From Octopus bimaculoides (Eukaryota): a stretch of 64,000 nucleotides of DNA. The position numbers were made by a program, and so were the translations under genes. This document shows, in pieces, positions 12,227 to 22,789 of this stretch. The stretch lies in assembly GCF_001194135.2 (NCBI RefSeq), contig NC_068993.1, forward strand, positions 35,014,411 to 35,078,410. The letters are read 5' to 3'. How positions within the stretch are numbered: the stretch's first letter is position 1; the number at the start of each line of letters is the position of its first letter. The notes under the pieces were generated by a model, which did not search any database, had not been told where the DNA came from, and saw only the letters and a list, made by a program, of their open reading frames with translations.

Positions 12227-12595
12227 TGTTTGCATGTAATAATTTGAGAAATAAAAACTTATTAAAGATAGGGGAATAAGTAAAATGTGAATAAATGTGA
12301 ATAGAGCAAAATGAATGATTATGTAGTAGAGCAGAATAGTTTCAGAAGAAAAGTTTGAGAAGGAAGGTGAACCATGAAGAAAACTGTTGCATAAAATAAA
12401 AATAAAAATTATTTAAAAACCAAGTTTTTGAGGAAATTGTTAATTAAGTATTAAATGAAATATGTCAGCAATTGTAAAAAGAAAAAAATAGTAAAATACT
12501 AAAAAGAACAACAAAAAAACAAGAAACACTTTGCATGAATTGAAAACAAGAAATTAAGAATTATTTGTAGATAAATATATTTTTACAAAACCTAC

Positions 12596-12672
12596 CATTT
12601 TGCTTTTGCTACAACATCACAAAAATTTCTGTTTAATCTTTTTGTTTTTGCCATATCAGCTAGTTTATTTTT
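12596..12672 (-). CDS. Candidate internal coding exon of an unidentified host gene
   Basis: Strong acceptor (tgttgtttctcttttgcag) and donor (ATG|gtaggt). 77 nt with one open frame: KNKLADMAKTKRLNRNFCDVVAKAK(W/C). I do not recognise the protein. Confidence 0.35.
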
Positions 12673-13125
12673 CTGCAAAAGAGAAACAACAAAAGAATAT
12701 TAACAAATAACTTGAAATGCTTCATACTGATAAACATTACAATACAGACACAGTGATCAATTAACCCTGTTTTATTCCTTTTATTCTCAACATTGATATT
12801 GATGCTAATAAATAAATTTGATTAAGGATATCGATAAATAAATAGAATGTAAAAATTATTAGTTCTGCAGTGAAATAATTTGGGGGTTAAAAAAAAAAAA
12901 TGAGTGAGGGCTTGAAAGAAAGAGAGAGAGAGCATAAAATAAGCTACTAATGGATTAAAGTTTAATATCTATTTTTATCAGATCTTTGATGATATAAGTG
13001 AAGTGCTGTGTGTTCTAAATACAATAGTGTAAATTTAACAAGAAATCAATGGCTGAAGGGTTAGACACAGAATATGAGTTAACATATGCATTCTCATATG
13101 TTATGCATGTGTACATGTATACTTG

Positions 13126-13283
13126 TTATTCTTAAACAAGAAGGTAGTTGGCAGTGGCTTTGAAGTTTTGGCCAGCTAAGTTATTGTCAGTCAAGCTGGC
13201 TGAAACTCTGAAGACAGTCCAACAATGGCTTAACTGGCTGAAAATTCGAAGTTACTGTCAACAACATTCTTGTTTAAGAATAA
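13126..13283. mobile_element. Fold-back / MITE-like element, 158 bp
   Basis: Outer 17 bp perfectly inverted (ttattcttaaacaagaa / ttcttgtttaagaataa). The arms continue for about 60 bp at roughly 80% identity. No clear TSD. Confidence 0.65.
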
Positions 13284-13391
13284 TAAACTTGTATTCTACA
13301 ACGGTATAGAGTTAGCCATCAGATTAATGTAAAATTGTTTTCCTTATAACTGAACATAAAAACAAACATTAATATACATACATACATTTAT

Positions 13392-13600
13392 TGGTTTCAA
13401 ATTTTGGCACAAGACCAGCAATGTCAGAGGAGGGTGTTAAATCAATTATATCAGCCTGTGTTCAACTGGTACTCATTTTATCACACCCTAAATGGTAAAA
13501 AACAAAGTTGACCGTGGCAGAATTTGAACTCAGAATGTAAAGACAAACAAAATGCCTCTAAGCATTTTGCTCGGCAGGTAAATGATTCTGCCTTCCATAG
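13392..13600 (-). mobile_element. SINE-B
   Basis: ggtttcaaattttggcacaag...aaagttgaccgtggcagaatttgaactcagaatg. Confidence 0.8.
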
Positions 13601-13609
13601 ATTCTGAAC

Positions 13610-13840
13610 TCCACAGACATGTATAACCTTATGTAGTTCTCAGAGAGATTCAGCATGACACAGAGTGTGACAAGGGCGACCCTTTGAAATACAGGTGCTA
13701 CTCATTTTTGCTAGCTGAATGGACTGGAGCAATGTGAAATAAAGTGTCTTGCTCAAAGACACAACACGTCGCCAGGAATTGAACTCACAAATTTGTGATC
13801 ATGGGCCAAATAACTTAACTACTAAGCTACACACCTTCAC
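13610..13840 (-). mobile_element. tRNA-headed SINE, family C
   Basis: ...gtgaaataaagtgtcttgctcaaagacacaacacg...ggaattgaactcac...taactactaagctacacaccttcac, homologous to 33055, 41450 and 56520. Confidence 0.75.
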
Positions 13841-13994
13841 TATATATATATGTTAATATTTCACTTGGGCATTGATAGTGGTACTAATAACCTGGTGTTA
13901 GAAGTTCATTACATAATTTTTGTTCCTTGTCAGACAAACCATGTAGGGTTCCCTATAACTTGAATTTTAGCATGGGTTTTAGGAGGATGATGTT

Positions 13995-14135
13995 GAAATT
14001 TTGTGGTCAACTACATGGTCTCAGGTTCAGTCCTGCTGGGTGGCACCTGAGATAAGTATCTTGTACTGTAGCCTTGGGCCAACCAAAGTCTTGTAAATGG
14101 ATTTGGTAGATGGAGATGAAAAGAAGCACATCCTG
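13995..14135 (+). mobile_element. SINE-A head fragment
   Basis: ctacatggtctcaggttcagtcc...ggcacctgagataagtatcttg...ggatttggtagatgg. Confidence 0.7.
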
Positions 14136-14877
14136 TATATGCATATGTGTATGTATCTTTGTATACATATGCATGTGAGCATGTGTGTGTATGTGTTTGT
14201 ATATCTTGGACAGTTCACAATAGTTGTAAAAATGTGCATCATCATCATGCAAGTAGTGTCATTCAGTTCCAACCTTCCATGAAAATATGTCTGGCCATGG
14301 GGAAGTAATGCCTTTTTTCAGAAACAAGTGCAGGTTGACAACAGGAAATACATCTGACTAAAAAATTAACCTCAACAAATTCTGTCTACCCCTCATATTA
14401 ATATGATAATGATGGTGATGGTGCTGGTGGCAGTGACAGCAGTGATGATGACAATGACAATGGCAATGATGATGATGATGATGATGATATGCTACATACT
14501 AATTGTGCAGGGATAGCAAAATATGTTGAATCCCTTTCCAGTGATTTTAGTTCATTTCTCATTGATTACATCCAAAAGAAGATGCCTCTCCTTTATTCAC
14601 CTTCAGTGAATATAGTGCGAACTAGTGGGGAGCTGATGCAACCTAGCAGTGTCCACTGATACAATAAGTGTTTTGGCCCTGAACTGTAATACACCGCTAT
14701 TAGTGTGTTAGTAGTAGTGGCCCAAGTCACTACGCATTTCCTCTTCCTGGTTTCCTGTTTGGCTCTTCCCTCTTTGCTTCACAGACAGCCAGAGGCCCAT
14801 TTTCTTGCCTGCATCTTCCATATTGCAAACAGCTACCTTTTCTTTCTTCCTTCCTGTAAACCCAATGGCTCTATGTG

Positions 14878-15039
14878 CATTTTCCATACCCGCTGGTCAG
14901 TCAAAACTGAAAATTAGAGATCTGGATCGTTGTTAAATAAAAATCCTAATCATCAAAACTTTGATGATTAGGATTTTTATTTAACAACGATCCAGATCTC
15001 TAATTTTCAGTTTTGACTGACCAGCGGGTATGGAAAATG
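14878..15039. repeat. Perfect 162-bp palindrome (80-bp arms, 2-nt loop)
   Basis: 14878-14957 is the exact reverse complement of 14960-15039. The loop is ac at 14958-14959. Confidence 0.97.
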
Positions 15040-15669
15040 AATTATATGAATTGTAAAACTTTGATGATTTACATCTACTACCATTACTACCATTGTCCTC
15101 ATCATCATTGTCATCATCATCCTTGTCATCAACATCAATGTCAACATCACCAGCACCAGCACCGCCACCACCACCATCTGCACTAACAACAATAAAGCAA
15201 CAAAGACATTTCCATGTGGCTACTCAATCTGCCAGAAGTAGTTGCCAAATTTTGATCATCATATTTTACATCTTAAAAAGAGAGATGGACAGACTGAATT
15301 ATAAAGGCCTAGATACACAATGCCTAGTAAAAAATGGTAAAAAGACTGGATTATCCCAGCCATAATGCCGTTGATCTAGTTGTATTTGATGTGAACTGAT
15401 CTGGTGCTAAATAGTAAACAAAAAAGAATGGCATCACCAACATTAAAAACCATCAGTACTACCACTACTATAACCGGTACCATGACTACATTGCCATAGT
15501 CATCACCACTCTCACTATTATTATCATCACTGCCACTACTATTACCATCACCATCACAACCATCTCTACCACTATTATCACAACCATTGCCATCACTACC
15601 ATCACCAAAACTACAATCACTAATACAATCATAAATGCTAATACCACCACCATAGCCATCACAATCATT

Positions 15670-16757
15670 ACTCTACCACCACCAATACCAGTACTCTACC
15701 ACCACCAACACCAGTACTCTACCACCACCAACACCAGTACTCTACCACCACCAATACCAGTACTCTACCACCACCAATACCAGTACTCTAGCACCACCAA
15801 CACCAGTACTCTACCACCACCAATACCAGTACTCTACCACCACCAATACCAGTACTCTACCACCACCAATACCAGTACTCTACCANNNNNNNNNNNNNNN
15901 NNNNNNNNNNNNNNNNNNNNNNNNNNNNNNNNNNNNNNNNNNNNNNNNNNNNNNNNNNNNNNNNNNNNNNNNNNNNNNNNNNNNNNNNNNNNNNNNNNNN
16001 NNNNNNNNNNNNNNNNNNNNNNNNNNNNNNNNNNNNNNNNNNNNNNNNNNNNNNNNNNNNNNNNNNNNNNNNNNNNNNNNNNNNNNNNNNNNNNNNNNNN
16101 NNNNNNNNNNNNNNNNNNNNNNNNNNNNNNNNNNNNNNNNNNNNNNNNNNNNNNNNNNNNNNNNNNNNNNNNNNNNNNNNNNNNNNNNNNNNNNNNNNNN
16201 NNNNNNNNNNNNNNNNNNNNNNNNNNNNNNNNNNNNNNNNNNNNNNNNNNNNNNNNNNNNNNNNNNNNNNNNNNNNNNNNNNNNNNNNNNNNNNNNNNNN
16301 NNNNNNNNNNNNNNNNNNNNNNNNNNNNNNNNNNNNNNNNNNNNNNNNNNNNNNNNNNNNNNNNNNNNNNNNNNNNNNNNNNNNNNNNNNNNNNNNNNNN
16401 NNNNNNNNNNNNNNNNNNNNNNNNNNNNNNNNNNNNNNNNNNNNNNNNNNNNNNNNNNNNNNNNNNNNNNNNNNNNNNNNNNNNNNNNNNNNNNNNNNNN
16501 NNNNNNNNNNNNNNNNNNNNNNNNNNNNNNNNNNNNNNNNNNNNNNNNNNNNNNNNNNNNNNNNNNNNNNNNNNNNNNNNNNNNNNNNNNNNNNNNNNNN
16601 NNNNNNNNNNNNNNNNNNNNNNNNNNNNNNNNGTACTCTACCACCACCAATACCAGTACTCTACCACCACCAATACCAGTACTCTACCACCACCAATACC
16701 AGTACTCTACCACCACCAATACCAGTACTCTACCACCACCAATACCAGTACTCTACC
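15670..16757. repeat. 23-bp minisatellite (ccagtactctaccaccaccaa[t/c]a)n spanning the gap 15886-16632
   Basis: Period 23 (units start at 15688 and 15711). The same unit is on both sides of the gap. It is embedded in a degenerate (ACC/ATC/ACT) triplet tract, about 15460-16920. Confidence 0.95.
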
Positions 16758-17879
16758 AACACCAACACCACTATCATCACAAGAAGAAGAATCAAAAGAG
16801 GCAGAATATGTAAGGGAGGAGCTATCATCATCATCATCATCATTATTGTCATTACCATCATCAGTGCCATCATCATCATCATCATAGTTGTTGTCATCAT
16901 CATCGTCATCATTGTAGTCAAGGTATTAATGATGTTTAGCTTAGTAACCCATCACAGTGTGAGAACACAAATACTCTGTATTCATGAACTGATTCAAAAT
17001 GAAATACATTTGAATGGTTTCTTGTTGCTTCTTCAGTTACACAGAATAATTTAAATTCAGCTCTGCAAACTAATGAATCACTTATTAATTATCAGAGCAT
17101 CAGTACACTTTGTCTCAATGTATCTTATATAAGAACACTGTATAGCAACTGAGATGGAATGCAAACCATCAGCTCATGGTCAAGTGTTAGCTTTGAAAAG
17201 CTATCAAATCAGCCTACTACAGGCTGCAAATTTTGATATTATGGATTCAATATATTGATAGAGCTTCTTAATTGCAATCAAGCAGACAATTTGTAGTAGT
17301 ATTTGGATAACATTCAAGAGAGGCAGTAAAATTATTGTAACATTTATGCACAGCCATACCTTAAAACTCGGTAACTGCTATCTGCAATACTTATAACATG
17401 AATATGTAAAATACATATTGACAACAGCATCTAGGTGTAATAAATAAATCTCAGTAATTATTGGAAAACCTGTTTCAACTTTATTAGCACTAATTAGAAA
17501 GATTAATACAAGCCTCACTCATTGGTAGGGGCCTAATGTTTCAAGTAATGATTGTCAGATGTTTTAATTAACAACAGCTTGTTAGGAGTCTTAATTAGAT
17601 TCATTTAAACAACATGAAGATAAGTAATAATTACTTTGGCAGCATTTACAATGTTCTTAAACTGTATTCAGCTGAGAATACAGAGACAGAAAGGTGTTTA
17701 GATTTGATATTCTATAAAAGTAAGCAAGTACACCGGATACATGTAAACCACATTGTGCAACTGCTATTTACTGTTCATTTGATTAAATAGAAATATAATT
17801 AGCTATTAATAGGTAAAGGCAAATCTAAATATCTGATCGTTCATCCTTTTGTTCTACTATTGTTTTATCCATCGTCAGC

Positions 17880-18256
17880 ATCATCATCATCGTCATCATT
17901 TAACATCTGCTTTCCATGTTGATACAGGTTGGATGGTTTGACTGAGAACTGACAAGTTGGGAAACTGCACCAGGCTCCAATCTGATTTGGCAAGATTTCT
18001 ACAGTTGGATGCCCTTCCTAACACCAACCACTTGGAGAGTGTAGTGGGTGCTTTTTACATGCCACCGGTACAGGAGCCAATCAGGCAGCACTAGCATCAA
18101 CCATGCTCAAATGGTGCTTTTTATGTGCCATTGGCACAGGAGCCACTCAGGTAGCACAGGTATTGACCACACTCAAATAGTGCTTTTTATGTGCCACTGG
18201 CACAGGTGCCAGTCGGGTAGCACTGGCATTGGCCTCACTCGAATGGTACTTTTTTT
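17880..18256 (-). mobile_element. RTE-type 3' end containing a 66-bp tandem repeat
   Basis: RTE 3' end (ggatgcccttcctaacaccaaccac). The unit gtgcttttt... recurs at 18048, 18114, 18180 and 18246. Confidence 0.75.
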
Positions 18257-19283
18257 CATATATTGCTGAGTATCTACAATCTTGAGTAGTGTAGTAGCAG
18301 AGATGGCCTTCAGCAGGACTATATTGTATAAAGCACATAAATCCATTCTCTGTCTTCAAAATCCACCAGGGTTACCTTTGAACTTCTTCTCCTGGCTGTT
18401 CCTGTCAGTAATATACTTCAGATATTTCAGTCATCTGTATATCTCTACAACAAAATTATTCTTGGAAAAAGAAATCAATGTATACCTTTGTGTATGTGAA
18501 AGTACAAAATGGAATGATACTGTGTGGGTCATGAAATAGGTTAAGTTTATCATTAATAAAATACAAATGCTGGTCCTATACTGTTGTTGTTTAGCTCCAG
18601 GTCAGGCAGAATGACTGAGTAGAATTCAAAGCATAACAGTCTTATTCTTTTCCTTTTTCTTTTTTATTATATGAATTGTAAACTGTCAAGACACATCCTT
18701 CTAAAATTCCATGCTTCCCAAAATTCAGCAACATTACTCCTAAAGTGCTTATGCCCCTTTTTCCTCTTTATGACTATGCTAAAGTTCACTTTCCTGTGTA
18801 TGTCCGTCGAGCTTTCTTTACTTAATTCATGGTTGTTCACTATCTCCTCTTTACACCTCTTCTGACAAATTGTATACCTCAGCGCTGTATACAATAAGCT
18901 CCTTATTATACTATATCCTTGTTTATGATTTTAGAGTGTAGCTTCATAGTCAGAGAAAGATTTGGTGGCTTTTTTCTAGCAAACTAAGCAACCCCACAAA
19001 AGCTGTTTCACTGATTTGTGAAAGGTATATGGTTAAATAGTTGTTGATTGTGTTTACAAATTGTACTAAAAATGTGAAATATGTGGAAACAGTATAAACT
19101 GTATTAACTGTTGCTCACTCTGAAAATTTAGCCTTGCCTTGGATATATGTTCACAGGACAGCAAAGTGAGATATACTTACAAATCTGAACATGTACACAT
19201 GCATATATATGGGCAATATTATATCTTCATTTTCTTTTCATTCTTTATCTCATTTCCAAATACACATACACACACATACATAC

Positions 19284-19316
<33 letters not shown>

Positions 19317-19381
19317 TTGATAGAAAAGGTAAGGCAACAAAAGAAAGAAAGAGACCTGGATATTATGTAAATAGAGGAATT

Positions 19382-19498
19382 TATCTGTAAATAATATGTG
19401 ACCAGATAACTGAAGAGATGGTGGCGTGGCTTTCTGCCCTGGCATCTGAAACTCGGAGTTTTATCATGGCTACCGAATAATTGTCACATATTATTTAC

Positions 19499-19503
<5 letters not shown>
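19382..19503 (+). mobile_element. 122-bp element with perfect 21-bp terminal inverted repeats enclosing a hammerhead-like motif
   Basis: tatctgtaaataatatgtgac (19382-19402) and gtcacatattatttacagata (19483-19503). TA at both outer ends. The right end abuts (AT)n. Confidence 0.85.
19402..19469 (+). ncRNA. Type-I hammerhead-ribozyme-like motif
   Basis: CCAGAUAA-CUGAAGA-GAUG...CAUC(U)-GAAA-CUC-G-GAGU-U-UUAUC(A)UGG. Helix I 8 bp with one bulge, helix II 4 bp, helix III ACUC/GAGU, GUU triplet. One extra U lies before GAAA. Confidence 0.6.
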
Positions 19504-19541
<38 letters not shown>

Positions 19542-19544
19542 CAT

Positions 19545-19735
19545 ATATTTTTATATTCTTTTACTCTTTTATTTGTTTCAGTCATTTTGACTGCAGCCAT
19601 GTTGGAGCACCACCTTTAGTCCAGCAATTCGACACCAGGACTTATTCTTTGTAAGCCTAGTACTTATTTTATTGGACTTTTTTGCTGAACTGCTAAGTTA
19701 CGGGAATGTAAACACACCAACATCAGTTGTCAAAT
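19545..19735 (-). mobile_element. SINE-A 3' half
   Basis: atttgtttcagtcattttgactgcagccatgttggagcaccacc..., truncated at the junction with the CR1-like fragment. Confidence 0.8.
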
Positions 19736-19737
19736 GC

Positions 19738-20607
19738 CCTCCACAGGACCATCATGGTTTCCTGATCTCTTATTTTAAAAAGGTCTGCCACCTGCATTTC
19801 ATTGCTGACTTAGCAGCATGCACATAGAAGGATGCATCATTACTCATGTAAATGCCCAGGTTTCACACTGACTGTGACTCTGGGATTGCACTCCCTGCAG
19901 TCCAGTGTATTTAATTGGTATTGCATTTAATTTTGTATGCTGATAGCATAAAGCTTGAAACTCTTCAGCATTAAACTGCATGTTATTCTTCTTAGCTCAC
20001 TTGCATATTTCATGTAACTCACATTGCAGGTGCATAGCATCTTCAGGTTCTATATCACCTATGAGACTTTTGCATCATCTGTATAACTTGTGATCATGGC
20101 TCTCTGTGTGGCTGAGGGCATATCTGAGAGGGCCATTATAAACGGAAGTGGTCCCAAAATAGTGCCTTGTAGAACACTGCTCACTATGTGTGTGTCATTG
20201 GAGGAGGCCCCATTGGCTGCTACTGCTTGACTTCTATCATTCAGAAAGTCATGCAGCCATTCTCCCAATCTCCTCACTATGCCGAGATCATGCAGTCTAT
20301 GACATATCATTATATGATCAACTTTGTTGAAAGCCTTTGCAAAGTCAAGATATATCACATCCACATTTGAGTGGTTGAGCAGCTGTTTCAACACCCAGTC
20401 ATAGTGTTGTAAGAGCTGAGTCAGGCAGCTTCTTCCTGGTTGAAAAGCATGTTGGATGTCAACAAACAAGTCATTTTCCTCAAGGAAGGTGATTAGTTTT
20501 CTTCTGATTATTCATTCTATGACTTTGCTGATGTGCAAGGTCAGACAGATAGGTCTGTAGTTTTTGACCTCTACTCTGCTACCTCCTTTATGAATGGGGC
20601 ATATTTT
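19738..20607 (-). mobile_element. CR1/L2-like LINE reverse transcriptase fragment
   Basis: ORF 20059-20469: QHAFQPGRSCLTQLL...DVIYLDFAKAFNKVDH...LQGTILGPLPF...SYTDDAK. Upstream ICPIHKGGSRVEVKNYRPICLT and downstream NNMQFNAEEF are in other frames. Confidence 0.9.
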
Positions 20608-21549
20608 ACATTCCTTTATATATATATATATATAGATAGATAGATATGCAGGGCAGGGAATAGTCAATTAGTAATAAAATTAATAATTAACGATTTTGGA
20701 ATCAGTAGTTCTTTGGCTGCTATTTCTGAATTCTCAGTATGTTGGAGAAGCAGGTTACTGTCAATCCCTATATATTTATGATTATATATATATATATATA
20801 CATTTTATCCTTAATACTATTATCATTATTATATATATATATATATANNNNNNNNNNNNNNNNNNNNNNNNNNNNNNNNNNNNNNNNNNNNNNNNNNNNN
20901 NNNNNNNNNNNNNNNNNNNNNNNNNNNNNNNNNNNNNNNNNNNNNNNNNNNNNNNNNNNNNNNNNNCTATTTTAATGTTTTCCTTTCAAGTTTTAATTCG
21001 CTATTTGCAAACAACTATGATAAATTACTGAAAGAAATATTTACTAAGTTCACAAATTTCGCTTGAATCCACACACTTCATTAATTTCAATAAAAATCTT
21101 TATTTACTTTTTGCATGCTGTATTCAGCTCTATGTATATGTTGTCAGTCACACACACACACACATGTGTGTTTTTGTATGTACATTTGTACACATTTATG
21201 TATGTGTGTGTGTTTGTGTGTGTCTGTGTGTGTGTGTGAGAGAGAGAAAGAGTGACATCTAAGTGGCACTTACTCTCTCTCTCTCTCTCACATGCACGCA
21301 TACATACAAAAAGATGCAGTCATATTTATGTATGTACGTATACATGACAACACACCCACTTCACTCTCTCTCTCTCACACACACACAAACACACACACAC
21401 ACGTGCATCTATTTCATCTGATGTTTGATGTTGTATGTGCATGTGTCTCTGTGTGTATGCGTGCATGCAGCATTCCACAATCGCCATTTATTTCAATCAC
21501 TCTTGTGAGGATAATCACATAACTAATTTTTTCATTTAATCTCCATTTC

Positions 21550-22545
21550 AAGGTTTTTAAGAAAATGATGTGCTTTGGGACCTTACATTGACTGAAGCAT
21601 CAGTATCAGATTCTCCAAGGAAACTGTAATCTTTTTGCAATTATACTGAACATTTTCAGCTTGGTAGTCCTCCATAGCTTTGGATGAAACATTGTGAGGA
21701 TATGGCTGAGGACTTAAATTATGCTGTTCAACAGGCAAACCCAGATATCAATATTCAGTTTTCTGAAACAATTTTTAACCAAGCACTGATTGAAATTGTG
21801 GATTGAGTTTGGGCCATTGGAGGCAAAAATTTTGCTCTAGATTGCCAAAAATACACTGTCAAATTAGTGATTTAACTTCAAGAGACATAGCAAGATAGAC
21901 AAATTATGACATCATAGAGTTGGCTGCATTTGTGAATGAATATGAACCTAAACTTCTTCCAGAACAACGTTGTGCATATGATAAAATTATTTCACCAGTC
22001 AGAGAAAAAAGCAGAGGAATTTTTTTCCTTGATGATCCTGGTGACACTGGTGAAACATTTGTAACAACTTTATTTCTCTCTAAGGTAAGGCAACAAAAAA
22101 GAATTGCACTTACTGTAGCATTGTCTGGTATTGCTGTCACTATTGTCCCAGGAGGACGAAGAGCTCATTCTGGTTTTAAATTACTGCTAAACCTGATCAC
22201 AAATAACAGTCCAAATTGTAGCATTAGCAAAGGTTCAGGTTCAGCAGAAGTATTGCACTAATGCCACCTGAGCATTTGGGATGAATACACCATGCCACAC
22301 AAAGGTGCAATGGAAGCTTTTGATAAGACCTTACAAGACATAAGAGGTAACAATAATCTGTGGGAGGAGTTACATTAGTTTTATCAGGAGACTTCAAGCA
22401 GACATTACCAGTCTTTCCAAGACAAACAAGATCTGGTGAAATAAAAACATACATTAAATCTACACACCTATGGAATAAAGTACAGAAATTCTCCTTCAAT
22501 ACAAATGTGCGAGCTTTATTACATGGGGACATTGGAGGAGCCAGG
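21550..22545 (+). mobile_element. Helitron Rep-helicase remnant (PIF1-family helicase portion)
   Basis: EASVSDSPRKL*...LWMKHCEDMAED...IFNQALIEI, then IFFLDDPGDTGET (degenerate motif I), ALSGIAVTIVPGGRRAHSGFKL, IWDEYTM (motif II) and LSGDFKQTLPV (motif III). Contains in-frame stops. Confidence 0.9.
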
Positions 22546-22559
22546 TTGAAAAACGTTCT

Positions 22560-22789
22560 GCACATTGGTCCCCAGCATCAAGCAAAATTGGGGGGGGGGA
22601 CAAACACAGACACACAAACATATAAACACACACGCACACACAGACACATATATATACAATGGGCTTCTTTCAGTTTTCCTCTACCAAATCCACTAACAAA
22701 GCTTTGGTCGGCCCAAGGCTAAAGTAGAAGACACTTGCCCAAGGTGCCATGCAGTGGGACTGAACCCAGGACCATAAGATTGGTAAACA
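22560..22789 (-). mobile_element. SINE-A (to the gap)
   Basis: gggcttctttcagttttcctctaccaaatccac...gacacttgcccaaggtgccatgcagtgggactgaaccc. Confidence 0.8.

Noticed and set aside
14837-14906. Minus-strand exon LTDQRVWKMHIEPLGLQEGRKK as a called feature
   Set aside because: Good acceptor but a weak donor (gtagct) and a phase mismatch with the 12672 candidate. Mentioned only under the palindrome finding.
15670-16757. CRISPR-like array (also considered for 45971-46046 and 53172-53264)
   Set aside because: Head-to-tail repeats with no unique spacers, no cas genes, and a eukaryotic context.
18048-18269. His/Cys-rich 22-aa repeat ORF (MVLFMCHWHRSHSGSTGIDHTQ)
   Set aside because: It is the antisense reading of a 66-bp tandem repeat in an RTE 3' UTR; the period happens to be a multiple of 3.
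18667-18894. 75-aa minus ORF (…IVIKRKKGHKHFRS…) as an exon
   Set aside because: An ORF is also open on the opposite strand, the splice sites are ambiguous, and I recognise no homology.
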